DNA of 64,000 nucleotides from Actinomycetota bacterium. GTDB lineage: Bacteria; Actinomycetota; Geothermincolia; Geothermincolales; RBG-13-55-18. Positions 41,270 to 51,185 of the stretch are shown here, piece by piece. The translations under genes and the position numbers were made by a program. The stretch spans positions 79,940-143,939 of the forward strand of contig JACIXD010000006.1 in NCBI GenBank assembly GCA_014360645.1, read 5' to 3'. Every line of letters begins with the position of its first letter. The stretch's first letter is position 1. The notes under the pieces were generated by a model. It saw nothing but the letters and a program-made list of their open reading frames with translations. It was not told where the DNA came from and made no database searches.

Positions 41270-41358
41270 GCCCCTCCCGCGACCTCCGGGCTCGATGGTG
41301 AGGTTCGGGGACGGGACGTTATCCGTCCCGCCCCCTCACCCAAGGAGAACGTAGCCTG

Positions 41359-41381
41359 ATGATAGCACCCTCTAGTGACAA
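41359..41381 (-). promoter_or_regulatory. RecA-NDp-like promoter of polA
   Basis: TTGTC-ACTAGAGGGTGC-TATCAT (12-nt spacer). Confidence 0.6.
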
Positions 41382-41636
41382 AAACTCCTTTCCGGCGCCG
41401 CCCTCTCCGTAAAGAAAGCCGCGCGTGCCGGATCGGGGCGGCGGCAGCCCCTCCGGGCACCGCGACGCGAACCCCGGACGGTCACCTCTCACGGCGCGGA
41501 TCCACGGGCTGAGCACGGCGCCCGCCTTTCATCATCCGTGCATATGGCCGCTCTCCCGGGCACGGCCTCGGGCACTGACGATCGCGGCCGCCTTCCCCTC
41601 TCCCTCTTCTTAATATGCAAAACCGCCTTTAGATGG

Positions 41637-41723
41637 TGGTGCCGGAGGCCGGACTCGAACCGGCACGGGGTCTCCCCCACTGGTTTTTGAGACCAGCGCG
41701 TCTACCCGTTCCGCCACTCCGGC
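41637..41723 (-). tRNA. tRNA-Leu(CAA)
   Basis: GCCGGAG acceptor stem, CTGGT-CT-CAA-AA-ACCAG anticodon arm, long variable arm, GGTTCGAGTCC T-arm, encoded CCA. Confidence 0.96.
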
Positions 41724-41915
41724 GTCCACGAGCGCTATTTTAACACCCGAGAGGAGGAGCTTGAACACGGGTCCTATTCGGCATGCCGGAAGGGGAAGTC
41801 GCCGGGGCCGGGTCGGGGAGGTAGGCGTTCTCCTCCCGCGAACCGCTCACGTGGCCTTCGAGCGCATCGACGGTCAACGGCGCGGGGGCGGGCCTGGACT
41901 AACCCGTCGGGTACA

Positions 41916-42117
41916 CCTTACCGCTCTTCCTCAGCTCCCCCAGCATTCCCGCCAGCTCCTCCTCCCATCCCTCGGCCCGCCTCGCGGCCTCGTCGAAGGG
42001 GGGACGGCGACTTTTTCCGGCTCCCCTTACCGCTCTTCCCCACGCTCCCACAACATTCCCGCCAGCTCCTCCTCCCATCCCTCGGCCCGCCTCGCGGCCT
42101 CGTCGAAGGGGGGATGG
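41916..42117. repeat. About 92-bp direct repeat (period 110) duplicating the 3' end of a small ORF
   Basis: 41916-42007 vs 42026-42117, with an identical core of about 60 bp. Confidence 0.92.
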
Positions 42118-42245
42118 AAATGACGGTATGTGGAGGCGGAAAGGCGCAGGCGTCTTAAGGCCTCCATGACTTCCCGCAGGCGCGCCGAGAACTCGCGCCC
42201 CGCCTCCGCGGCCATATCGTCTTGATAGCTCTCGCTCCAGCCCAT
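42027..42245 (-). CDS. Hypothetical protein (72 aa, helical)
   Basis: ATG after GGGAG; plausible codon usage; no recognised domain. Confidence 0.55.
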   Translation of the reverse strand: MGWSESYQDDMAAEAGREFSARLREVMEALRRLRLSASTYRHFHPPFDEAARRAEGWEEELAGMLWERGEER

Positions 42246-42305
42246 ATCCCTGACTCCCCGGCAGCAGGCGCACGGTCTTTCCGTGTCCCCGGCGCCGGCT
42301 CCGCC

Positions 42306-42941
42306 TCAGGGGATGATGTCCGTTCCCCTAGCGGTCACGTACCAGCGGCCTTCCCGGTTCTCCATGGAGACAACGAGGTTGTCTCCCGGTTCGATCTCCA
42401 CGGTGGATCCGGTGCCCGTCTCGATGCTTCCGCCCTCCAGGTAGCAGCGCGCGCCATAGGCGTCCAACCTGTCGGCGCGTACGGACACGCCAGAAAACCT
42501 GCCCCCTGTTCCCAGGTACAAGATCAGGTCACCATAGATGTCCTCCGCCAGCCCCCGGTCACTGGGGGTGAAAAGCTGCGTGAAGGCCTCCGCGTCCCTG
42601 CGGTTGGCGGCATCCAGAAGCCGGTTGCACACCTTGTGCGGGGAGGGGTTGCTCCACAGCGTGAGGCTGAGCACTAGCCAGATGACCAGGGCGGCGATCA
42701 TCGTCAAGTAGGCGAAGACCTTCCAGCGGAAGCGGCGCACCTTCCGCTCCACCGCCTCGCTCAAGGCGGGACGCAGCACCGCCGCGTCGCCCCGCCATTC
42801 GCTGGGCGCCACGTAATGGCCCGCCTTTCCGGGGGATGTGGGCGCGTGAGACGTCCCCCCTCCCCCCCGCAGGCGTTCCGTACACAGGGAGCAGAACTCG
42901 GCGCTCTCCGGGTTATCGGCTCCGCATTTTGGACATATCAT
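42306..42941 (-). CDS. Zinc-ribbon domain single-pass membrane protein
   Basis: CPKCGADNPESAEFCSLC, one TM helix, C-terminal extracytoplasmic domain. Confidence 0.8.
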   Translation of the reverse strand: MICPKCGADNPESAEFCSLCTERLRGGGGTSHAPTSPGKAGHYVAPSEWRGDAAVLRPALSEAVERKVRRFRWKVFAYLTMIAALVIWLVLSLTLWSNPSPHKVCNRLLDAANRRDAEAFTQLFTPSDRGLAEDIYGDLILYLGTGGRFSGVSVRADRLDAYGARCYLEGGSIETGTGSTVEIEPGDNLVVSMENREGRWYVTARGTDIIP

Positions 42942-43063
42942 ATCTCATCCGTCCTCCGCTCCTGGGGGCGCAAGGCCCCGCTGCCGCCCGGTCCCCTTGC
43001 GACGGCGCGCTGCTTCCGCCGCCGCCTCCCCGCCCGGAAGACGGGAGGGGGCCGGCGATCCCC

Positions 43064-43783
43064 TCAACCCATATACCTCTTCTCAGCCACCCATCCCCCC
43101 AGGGCGCCCAGGGGTATATAGAGAAACAGGGCGATGAGAATGCCGGACAGCTTGAAGACGGGCACGAAGAACTCTCCGGAGATGAGCAGCACGATGATCA
43201 GCGAGATCAGCGGCTCCCAGAAGAACACCACCGCCGCCACGCAGGCCACCCCGTAAGCCCAACCCCTCCCGGCGTGCATGGCCTTCGCAGAGGCCCAGTA
43301 TCCCGTAAGTATGAGCACCGCCGCGTCCGCGAGGTAGAGCATCCCCACCCCGAAGTCGAACCCCGACTCGCTGCCCCCGAAGGCCGCTCCGAAGATGAAG
43401 AGTCCGATGAGGAAATTGACCGTGAACAGCAGGATATAGGAGAGGAGGGAGTACTTGAGCACCAGCAGCGCTATATCCGTCCCGCCGCGCTTCCTCGCCC
43501 ATGCGGGCGGTGGGGCGGCGGCTATGGCTCCGGGATGGCTCATGGCCGCTGCGCGGTAGGCGTCCCCGTACGGACCAGCCCCCTGCGCCATCTCCCGCGC
43601 CAGGGCGCGATAATCCCCTGGGGAGACATATTCCTCCGGGGTAGGTGGTGCCGATAGGGGCGGCCCGGTGGGGGTGTCCGCCGCGCGGTTCGGGAAAGCG
43701 TCCGTCGCGAATCTCGCCAGGCAGAGAGAACAGAATATCGATCCCTCGGGGTTCTCCGCACCACAGTGAGGGCATAAACGCAT
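43064..43783 (-). CDS. Zinc-ribbon domain multi-pass membrane protein
   Basis: CPHCGAENPEGSIFCSLC, Pro/Ala linker, about 4 TM helices. Confidence 0.8.
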   Translation of the reverse strand: MRLCPHCGAENPEGSIFCSLCLARFATDAFPNRAADTPTGPPLSAPPTPEEYVSPGDYRALAREMAQGAGPYGDAYRAAAMSHPGAIAAAPPPAWARKRGGTDIALLVLKYSLLSYILLFTVNFLIGLFIFGAAFGGSESGFDFGVGMLYLADAAVLILTGYWASAKAMHAGRGWAYGVACVAAVVFFWEPLISLIIVLLISGEFFVPVFKLSGILIALFLYIPLGALGGWVAEKRYMG

Positions 43784-43995
43784 GGCCCGTCCTTTCCGCG
43801 CCGCCTCCTCTCCAGAGGATCATTCGGCAATCCCGCATCGCCTCTATAGCCATGGTGCGGGCTCGGAGATCATCGCCGCGACCCAACCGCGCCATCCGGA
43901 AGCCTCGTCAATCCCTTTCCCGGTGAACCTCAACGGGTTCCCGCCCGCCGCCGGGGCTTCTTTGCGCAAGCTCCCCCGACCGACCACTTATTGGA

Positions 43996-44364
43996 TTATT
44001 CCTTGCCCCACCCCGGGGTTCCTTCATCCTCCGGCACGAGGTCTGTCCTGGCGCCCTCGGCCACGCGAAAGAAGCACGACCTCTCGCCGGTGTGGCAGGC
44101 GGGTCCCACCTGCAGCACCTTGACCAGCAGCGCGTCGCCGTCGCAGTCGTAGCGTATCTCCCTCACGTACTGGCGGTGGCCGGAGGTCTCCCCCTTGCAC
44201 CAGAACTCCCGGCGGCTCCGGCTCCAGAACCAGGTGCGGCCGCTCTCCAGGGTGCGTCGCAGCGACTCCTCGTTCATGTACGCCAGCATGAGCACCTCGC
44301 CGCTCTCCACGTCCTGTACGATGGCGGGCACCAGGCCTTGCGAGTCAAACTTTATCTCCATCAT
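43996..44364 (-). CDS. hisI: Phosphoribosyl-AMP cyclohydrolase
   Basis: [33 protein letters not shown]. Confidence 0.96.
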   Translation of the reverse strand: MMEIKFDSQGLVPAIVQDVESGEVLMLAYMNEESLRRTLESGRTWFWSRSRREFWCKGETSGHRQYVREIRYDCDGDALLVKVLQVGPACHTGERSCFFRVAEGARTDLVPEDEGTPGWGKE

Positions 44365-45100
44365 CCGCTCCTTCCACCGCCGTCTCCTCGCCGAGGTAAA
44401 GGCTCTTGATCTCCTCCCTTCCCAGGAGCTCCCTCGCCTCGCCCTCCATACGGATCTTGCCAGCGCGCATGACGTAACCGTAATCGGATACGCTGAGGGC
44501 TATCTGCGCGTCCTGTTCCACCAGGAGCAGGGTCAGCCCCTCCTCGTGCAGGCGCTTCAGGCACGCGAAGATATCCCTGATCACCAGGGGCGCTAGCCCC
44601 ATGGAGGGTTCGTCCAGGAGCAGCAGGCGGGGCCGCGACATGAGGGCTCTCCCGATGGCCAGCATCTGCTGCTCCCCTCCCGAGAGCGTGCCCGCCGCCT
44701 GTCCCCTCCTCTCCTTGAGGACGGGAAAGACCTCGTAGACCATATCCAGGTCCGACCGTATCTCCGTTCCACTCCGGCGGCGGGAGCGGAGATACGCTCC
44801 CAGCATGAGGTTCTCCTCCACGCTCATGGTGGCGAACACCTGCCGCCCCTCGGGGACGTGGGATATCCCCATCTTCACGATGCGATGCGGCTCCAGGTTG
44901 GTGATGTCCTGGCCCACGTACCGTATCTCCCCGTAACGTGCGGGGATGAGCCCGGAAACCGCGCGCAGGAGGGTGGTCTTTCCCGCCCCGTTGGCGCCGA
45001 TGATGGTGGTGATGCGGCCCGCCCTCGCCCAGAGGTCCACCGCCCTGAGGGCCTCTATGTTGCCGTAGAAGGCCGACAGACCTTTAATCTCCAGCATCAC
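44345..45100 (-). CDS. livF: Liv-type ABC transporter ATPase (LivF-like)
   Basis: [32 protein letters not shown]. Confidence 0.9.
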   Translation of the reverse strand: MMLEIKGLSAFYGNIEALRAVDLWARAGRITTIIGANGAGKTTLLRAVSGLIPARYGEIRYVGQDITNLEPHRIVKMGISHVPEGRQVFATMSVEENLMLGAYLRSRRRSGTEIRSDLDMVYEVFPVLKERRGQAAGTLSGGEQQMLAIGRALMSRPRLLLLDEPSMGLAPLVIRDIFACLKRLHEEGLTLLLVEQDAQIALSVSDYGYVMRAGKIRMEGEARELLGREEIKSLYLGEETAVEGADDGDKV

Positions 45101-45212
45101 GCTCTCCCGTTCTCCGTGCCCGCGGCGGGGCCTATCTTCCGTGGGCCGAAGCTCCCCGGACCTCTGCCCCCGGCGGTGAGAAAGAATCCCGACGCCGCAT
45201 TCACGCCCGGCA

Positions 45213-46013
45213 TCAGTCCACCTCCGAGCCCAGGTAGGCCTCGATGACCCGCGGATCGGATTTTATCTCCTCCGGCGTCCCCTCCGCGATGATCTCGCCG
45301 TAGTCGAGCACCACCACCCTCTCAGAGATCCGCATCACCAGGCCCATGTCGTGCTCCACCAGGATCACCGTTATCCCCATGTCCCGCACGCGGTAGATGA
45401 TGTCCCCCAGTTCGCGCGTCTCGTAGGCGTTGAGCCCCGAGGCCGGCTCGTCGAGGAGCAGCAGCCTGGGCCTGGTGGCCAGGGCGCGTGCCAGTTCCAG
45501 CAGGCGCTGCTGCCCGAAGGGCAGCGACCCCGCGAGGCTTTCCCCCTGCATCTCAAGCCCCACCATGCCCAGGAAACGCGCCGCCTCCTCCCGCATCCAG
45601 CCCTCCTCCCGCCGCGCGGAGGGAAGCCTCAAGGCGCAGGCCGCGAAGCCCGCGCGCGTGCGGTGGTGCATCCCCACCATCACGTTCTCAGCAACCGTCA
45701 TCTCCGGGAAGAGGCGCACGGTCTGGAAGGTGCGGGCTATGCCCATGGCGGTGATGCAGTGCGGGGGGAGCCCGGTTATCTCCCGGCCCGAGAAAACGAT
45801 GTTGCCCGTATCGGGGCGATATATGCCCGTGAGGAGGTCGTAGAGGGTGGTCTTCCCAGCCCCGTTAGGGCCGATGATGGCCATTATCTCCCCCTCGCGG
45901 GCTTCAATGCATATCTCCTTCACCGCCGTCAGTCCCCCGAAGGACTTGGTGAGGCCCCATACCGAGAGGACGGCCTCCTCCCCGGGCACAGCCGCCGCGC
46001 ACCTGTTGGCCAT
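45213..46013 (-). CDS. livG: Liv-type ABC transporter ATPase (LivG-like)
   Basis: FGGLTAV, GPNGAGKT, RTFQ, DEPASG, VIEAYLG. Confidence 0.9.
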   Translation of the reverse strand: MANRCAAAVPGEEAVLSVWGLTKSFGGLTAVKEICIEAREGEIMAIIGPNGAGKTTLYDLLTGIYRPDTGNIVFSGREITGLPPHCITAMGIARTFQTVRLFPEMTVAENVMVGMHHRTRAGFAACALRLPSARREEGWMREEAARFLGMVGLEMQGESLAGSLPFGQQRLLELARALATRPRLLLLDEPASGLNAYETRELGDIIYRVRDMGITVILVEHDMGLVMRISERVVVLDYGEIIAEGTPEEIKSDPRVIEAYLGSEVD

Positions 46014-47126
46014 TCAATCCACCGCCTTTCTGCGGAACGGGTTCACAAATGGGCTGCGCCGTCGGGAAAACAGGTCCACCAGGCCCCTGGTTATGCCGCT
46101 GGGCATGAAGACCATGGTGAGCATGATGATGAGGCCGAGGACCATCCCCTCGTAGTTGCTATATTTTTCCAGCCAATCCGGCACGTCCCCGAACCAGCGC
46201 GGCAACGCCTCCACCAACTTGGGAAGGAAGGTGATGAGGCCCGCCCCGAACACCGATCCCCACACGCTCTCCATGCCCCCGATGACCACCATGGTCACCA
46301 GGGAGATGGAGAGGATGATGGTGAACTGGTTGGGGTCGATGAACCTCTGCAGGTGGGCGAAGAGGCCTCCCGCCAGCCCACCTAGGGCGGCGGAGAGGAC
46401 GAAGACCCTCTTCTTGAGCGCGGATACCGGGACCCCCATGGCCTCCGCCGCCACCTCGGACTGGTGCAGGGCCCGCATGGCGCGCCCCACGCGGGATTCC
46501 ACCAGTTTGGAGCACAGGGCGAGGACGATGATGACGATGACCCAGACGTAGTAGAACTCCCCGCGTGTGGAGGTGACCTCCAGAAAGGGCAACGAGAGGT
46601 GCGGTATGTTGCGCACGCCGTCGTTCCCGCCCGTGAGCCAGGTCATCTCGCGCAGGAACACGAAGACCACGATCCCCATGGCCAGAGTGCCCATGGCCAG
46701 ATAGTGTCCCTTCAGGCGCAGCACCGGCGCCAGGAGGATCCCGAAGATCAGCGCCACCAGCACCGCGCAGGGTATCCCCAGCCAGACCGGAAAGCCCGCT
46801 TTGGTGGTGAGGAGGGCCGAGGCATAGGCCCCGATGCCGAAGAAGGCGCCCTGCCCCAAGGACACCTGACCGGCATACCCCATGAGGAGGTTGAGGCCCA
46901 CCGCCACGATGGCGTAGATGCCCACCAGTCGCATGGTCAGCACGATGGGGATGTCGATGGACTTAGAAAGGGGCGCCGCCCAGAAGGGCATGACCATGAT
47001 GAAGGCGGTAAAGGCCAGCAGGATGGCGTTCTTCCGCAAGAGCCCCCGCCAGCCCGCACCGAACGCCGCTGGCCGGTTAAGCCCTCCCAAGCCGGTATCT
47101 TCCCGCTCTCTTCTCCGGGCAGCCAT
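46014..47126 (-). CDS. livM: Liv-type ABC transporter permease (LivM-like)
   Basis: GYAGQVSLGQGAFFGIGAY, LRLKGHYLA, GRAMRA. Confidence 0.88.
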   Translation of the reverse strand: MAARRREREDTGLGGLNRPAAFGAGWRGLLRKNAILLAFTAFIMVMPFWAAPLSKSIDIPIVLTMRLVGIYAIVAVGLNLLMGYAGQVSLGQGAFFGIGAYASALLTTKAGFPVWLGIPCAVLVALIFGILLAPVLRLKGHYLAMGTLAMGIVVFVFLREMTWLTGGNDGVRNIPHLSLPFLEVTSTRGEFYYVWVIVIIVLALCSKLVESRVGRAMRALHQSEVAAEAMGVPVSALKKRVFVLSAALGGLAGGLFAHLQRFIDPNQFTIILSISLVTMVVIGGMESVWGSVFGAGLITFLPKLVEALPRWFGDVPDWLEKYSNYEGMVLGLIIMLTMVFMPSGITRGLVDLFSRRRSPFVNPFRRKAVD

Positions 47127-47127
47127 C

Positions 47128-48021
47128 TCAGACCTTTTCCACCACTCCGCGCCCCAGGATGCCCTGGGGCCTGAACAACAACACCGCGATCAGCAATATG
47201 GCGGCCACGGCGTCCTTGTAACCCGTGGAGACGCCCAGTACCACGGTGAGGAATCCCGGTATAAGCTCCTCCAGCAAGCCCAGGACCACTCCCCCGGCCA
47301 CCGCCCCGAAAGTGTTGCCCAGTCCTCCCACCGCCGCCGCCGTGAAGCCCTTCACCCCCAGAAAGAGCCCTATGGAATAGCTGGCGTAGGGAGCGTTGAT
47401 GAGTCCCGCCAGCCCACCCAGCGCCGCCGCCAGGAGGAATGAATAGAGGGACATGCGCATGACGTTTATGCCCACCAGGCTTGCCGCGAGGCGGTTCACG
47501 GAACACGCCCGCATGGCCTTGCCCGACCTTGTATGGTTGAAGAACAGATAGACCGCCGCCACGCTCACGATGGTGAGGCCGAAGACCCAGAGAAACTGCC
47601 GGGAGATGGTCGCGCCGGGCAGGGAGATGTTCCCCGGTGTGAATTCCGGGACCTTGTATGCCTCCTTGGGCCAGAGGATTCTCCCCAGTGACTTGAAGAA
47701 GATGGAGGCGCCTATGGTGGCGATGATGGCCACCAGCACCCCGGCGCGGCGGAGGGGATAGACCAGCAACCGCTCCATGAGACCCCCGATGGCGGCGGTG
47801 ATGGCCAGCGCTAGGACCACCGCCAGGGGCAGCGGCAGCCCGGCGGACGCCGCTAGGGTGTAGGCGAAGAGCCCGCCGAACATGCAGAACTCTCCCTGGG
47901 CGAAGTTGATGATGCCGGTGGAGTTGAAGATGATGTTGAAGCCCATGGCCACCAGGATGTATATGCATCCGTTGGCAAGCCCGTTGGCGATATACTGCGG
48001 GCAGTTAGCGAGGAAATCCAC
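47128..48021 (-). CDS. livH: Liv-type ABC transporter permease (LivH-like)
   Basis: GIINFAQGE, GKAMRA, KGFTAAAVGG, RPQG. Confidence 0.88.
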   Translation of the reverse strand: MDFLANCPQYIANGLANGCIYILVAMGFNIIFNSTGIINFAQGEFCMFGGLFAYTLAASAGLPLPLAVVLALAITAAIGGLMERLLVYPLRRAGVLVAIIATIGASIFFKSLGRILWPKEAYKVPEFTPGNISLPGATISRQFLWVFGLTIVSVAAVYLFFNHTRSGKAMRACSVNRLAASLVGINVMRMSLYSFLLAAALGGLAGLINAPYASYSIGLFLGVKGFTAAAVGGLGNTFGAVAGGVVLGLLEELIPGFLTVVLGVSTGYKDAVAAILLIAVLLFRPQGILGRGVVEKV

Positions 48022-48057
48022 CAGCGATCCCAGCTGAACTCTCCTCCCGGAACAAAT

Positions 48058-48094
48058 AAGGGAGGAGGCCGGAGGGAGTCTCCGCCTCCTCCTT
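48058..48094 (-). terminator. Stem-loop after the binding-protein gene (terminator or mRNA stabiliser)
   Basis: AAGGAGGAGGCGGAG-loop-CTCCGGCCTCCTCCCTT followed by ATTTGTT. Confidence 0.55.
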
Positions 48095-48114
48095 CCGTGC
48101 CGCTGTCTTGCAGT

Positions 48115-49305
48115 CTATTCCTTGGCCGGCTCCCATTTTCCGTCGACGATCTCCACCATGGTCAGGTCGTCGGGCGTGAGCCCGTTGTGGTCGGTGGGGC
48201 TGTAGTTGAACACGCCCGCGGTCCCCACCAGTCCCCTGGTCGCTTCGATAGCGTCCCGTAGCTCCTCGCGGGTGGCGTTTGCGCCCGCCCGCTTCAGGGC
48301 CTCGGTGATGATGAGGATTGCGTCCCAGCCGTGTCCCGCAAAGGTGTTGATCTTCTCGCCGTACTCCTCGAAATAGGCGTCGGAGAAGTCTTTGATGAAC
48401 TCGTATTCCTCGCTTCCCGGCTCGAGGACCTTCTCGAAGATGAGCATCTTGCCCGCGGGGAAGACCACGCCGTTGGCCGCCGCGCCCGCCAGCTCGATGA
48501 AGGCCTGGTTGGCGATGCCGTGGCTGCCCACGTAGGGGAGATCGATGCCCTTGTCGCGCATGCGCTTGACGATCTTCGCCGGCCCGGGATTGGTCCCCCA
48601 CACCAGCACCACCTCGGGCTTGGCGGTCATGACGTTGGTGAGGTGGGTGTCCATGCCCTCCTCGGACTCGTCCGTCTGGTATCCCTCGGCCACCACCACT
48701 TCCAGCCCGAATCCGGGCGCCTCCTTCTCCACCACCGCCTTGCCGTCAGTGCCGAAGGGGTTGGTGTCGTAGAGGAGGGCGACCTTCTTCACCTTGAGCA
48801 CCTCGGCGATGTAGGAGAGCGCCTTCTTTCCCGCCTCGGTGGCGGTGGGCGGGGTGCGGAAGATCCAGGTGATGTCGCCGTCCATGATATTGGCTCCCGC
48901 AGCCATGCATACCTGGGGAACCCCCGCCTTTTCGGCCTCCTGCTTCATGGCGATGGTGGTGCCGGTCCCGCTGGATCCGATCACCGCCACGGGATCCTCC
49001 TGCTCCAGCAGCTCCACCATGGCCTGCTTGGCCTTGTTGGCGTCGCTCTGGTCGTCCTTGATGATCACCTCGATCTCGTGGCCATCGATTCCTCCCGCCT
49101 CGTTGAGGCGCTTGACGAAGAGCTTGATGGCGTTACGTTCGGGCTTTCCCAGCGGCTCGTTGGCGCCGCTCTCCGAGAGCACCACACCGATCTTGATGGG
49201 CTCCTTGGTCCCGCCTTCCTTCGTGCCGCAGCCCATGTGCGCCAGCATGGTGGCGGACAGCGCTACGGCCAGCAGAGCTACCAGAATGTACCTTCTCCTT
49301 CTCAA
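48115..49305 (-). CDS. ABC transporter substrate-binding lipoprotein (Liv family)
   Basis: Signal peptide with lipobox (HMG-C), IKIGV, NEAGGIDG, DDQS; periplasmic binding protein type I pattern. Start uncertain. Confidence 0.88.
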   Translation of the reverse strand: MRRRRYILVALLAVALSATMLAHMGCGTKEGGTKEPIKIGVVLSESGANEPLGKPERNAIKLFVKRLNEAGGIDGHEIEVIIKDDQSDANKAKQAMVELLEQEDPVAVIGSSGTGTTIAMKQEAEKAGVPQVCMAAGANIMDGDITWIFRTPPTATEAGKKALSYIAEVLKVKKVALLYDTNPFGTDGKAVVEKEAPGFGLEVVVAEGYQTDESEEGMDTHLTNVMTAKPEVVLVWGTNPGPAKIVKRMRDKGIDLPYVGSHGIANQAFIELAGAAANGVVFPAGKMLIFEKVLEPGSEEYEFIKDFSDAYFEEYGEKINTFAGHGWDAILIITEALKRAGANATREELRDAIEATRGLVGTAGVFNYSPTDHNGLTPDDLTMVEIVDGKWEPAKE

Positions 49306-49344
49306 CCTCTCTCGACCCCCTTTATCCTCCATGTTCTCCGACCC

Positions 49345-49371
49345 GCATACGGAAAGGGATTTTCCGTATGC
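49345..49371. promoter_or_regulatory. 11-bp perfect inverted repeat in the transporter leader
   Basis: GCATACGGAAA-GGGAT-TTTCCGTATGC, downstream of TGGACA-18 nt-TAGAAA (49389-49418). Confidence 0.5.
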
Positions 49372-49591
49372 TCCCACCATAGAAGTTATTTCTACCACAC
49401 GGCCTGCTCTGATGTCCACCACCGCTGAGATGGCGGGACACGCCAGAGCTTGTTTTGCTGGAAAACAACCCGGAACGCCGTTGAGCGCCGAGCCGACTCA
49501 TCGTTTCTCCTTCATCTGGTCACCATACGGCTTTCGCGGGTCCGTCCCCCCGCCGCGGCGCACGACCGCGTCACGGCTTTTCGAGGGACCT

Positions 49592-50353
49592 TCAGGCCAT
49601 CCTCACCGGGATCCCCTTCGAGCGCAGATATGCCTTGGCCTCGCGGATGCTGTACTCGCCGTAGTGGAAGATGGAGGCTGCCAGCACGGCGTCGGCGCCG
49701 CTCTCCAGGATCACCTCCGCCAGGTGCTCCAGGTTCCCCGCGCCTCCGGAGGCGATCACCGGAAGGTTCACCGCATCCGCTACCGCGCGGGTCAGCTCGA
49801 GGTCGTACCCGTCCCGGGTGCCGTCGCGGTCCATGCTGGTGAGGAGGATCTCCCCCGCCCCCAAGGCCTCGGCGCGGCGCGCCCACTCCACCGCGTCCAG
49901 CCCGGTAGGCGTCCTCCCCCCGTTGATGTACACCTCCCAAGAGCCCTTCGACCGGCGCCGCGCATCTATGGCCACCACCACACACTGCGCTCCGAAGCGC
50001 CGCGAGGAGACGGTTATGAGCTCGGGGTTCTTCACCGCCGCGGTATTTAGAGACACCTTGTCCGCGCCGGTGGCCAGCATGTGCCGGATATCGGCCTCCC
50101 CGCGCAGGCCCCCGCCCACGGTGAAGGGGATGAACACCTTTTCCGCCACGCGGGCGGCCATGTCGAAGACCAGGTCTCGCTCCTCGTGGGAGGCGGTGAT
50201 GTCCAGGAAAACCAGTTCGTCCGCACCCTCGCGGTCATAGACCGCCGCCATCTCCACCGGGTCGCCGGCGTCCCGCAGGGAAACGAAGTTTATGCCCTTG
50301 ACCACGCGTCCGCGATCCACGTCCAGACAAGGGATGATGCGCTTGGTATGCAT
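49592..50353 (-). CDS. hisF: Imidazole glycerol phosphate synthase cyclase subunit
   Basis: [37 protein letters not shown]. Confidence 0.97.
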   Translation of the reverse strand: MHTKRIIPCLDVDRGRVVKGINFVSLRDAGDPVEMAAVYDREGADELVFLDITASHEERDLVFDMAARVAEKVFIPFTVGGGLRGEADIRHMLATGADKVSLNTAAVKNPELITVSSRRFGAQCVVVAIDARRRSKGSWEVYINGGRTPTGLDAVEWARRAEALGAGEILLTSMDRDGTRDGYDLELTRAVADAVNLPVIASGGAGNLEHLAEVILESGADAVLAASIFHYGEYSIREAKAYLRSKGIPVRMA

Positions 50354-50447
50354 CACCATCCCCCCCGCGGGGAGTCCTGCCGCGTTAGCGCCACCGTCCC
50401 GTCACCGCCGCTCCTCCCGCCGGCAACCGCTCCTCTTCCCATGCCCC

Positions 50448-51173
50448 TCAATCCTCCTCCAGCTCCAGGGCCCGCGAGAGGTCGATGTCCCCGGTATAAA
50501 GGGCCCTGCCCACCACCGCGCCCTCCACGCCGCCGGGCGACCGCTCTTTCAGGGCGAGCAGGTCTTCCAGACCGCCTATGCCCCCGGCGGCGATCACCCT
50601 CACGCCGCGTCCCAACAGGAGGTCGAGGCCCCGGGTGTCGTATCCCTGCAGGGTACCGTCGCGGGTTATGTCGGTGTAGATGATGCGCTCCGCCCCCAGC
50701 GACGCCAGGAGCTCCACCGCCTCCACGGGCCCCATGTCCGTCTCCTCTACCCAACCCTTCAAGGCCAGCCTTCCTCCGCGCGCGTCCACGCTCACGATCA
50801 CTCGCTCGCCATACTCTCGCATCATCTCGGACGCGAAGGCCGGATCCTCCAGGGCACGGGTTCCGAGTATAACCCTGGCTGCGCCGAGGGAGAGCATGCG
50901 CTCCACGTCCTCTCCTCCACGCACCCCTCCCCCCACCTGCACGGGCACCTTCACCCTCTCCAGGATCTCGCGCAGCGCCGCCAGGTTTACCGGTCTTCCC
51001 TCCCTGGCCCCGTCGAGGTCCACCACGTGCAGGTAGGACGCCCCCTTTCTCTCCCAGGCCAGGGCGGCTTCCCAGGGATGCGACCCGTAGACCGTCTCCC
51101 GGTCCATTTCTCCCCGGTATAACCGCACGCAGCGGCCTCCCTTGATGTCCACGGCGGGATAGATGCGGAACAA
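50448..51173 (-). CDS. hisA: ProFAR isomerase
   Basis: PAVDIKGGRCVRL, HVVDLDGA, QVGGG, TDITRDGTL. Confidence 0.95.
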   Translation of the reverse strand: MFRIYPAVDIKGGRCVRLYRGEMDRETVYGSHPWEAALAWERKGASYLHVVDLDGAREGRPVNLAALREILERVKVPVQVGGGVRGGEDVERMLSLGAARVILGTRALEDPAFASEMMREYGERVIVSVDARGGRLALKGWVEETDMGPVEAVELLASLGAERIIYTDITRDGTLQGYDTRGLDLLLGRGVRVIAAGGIGGLEDLLALKERSPGGVEGAVVGRALYTGDIDLSRALELEED

Positions 51174-51185
51174 CCCTCTCTCTCC

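Noticed and set aside
41400-43990. Genomic island integrated at tRNA-Leu
   Set aside because: No integrase, no duplicated tRNA 3' end and no evident GC shift; the hypothetical genes lie on the tRNA 5' side
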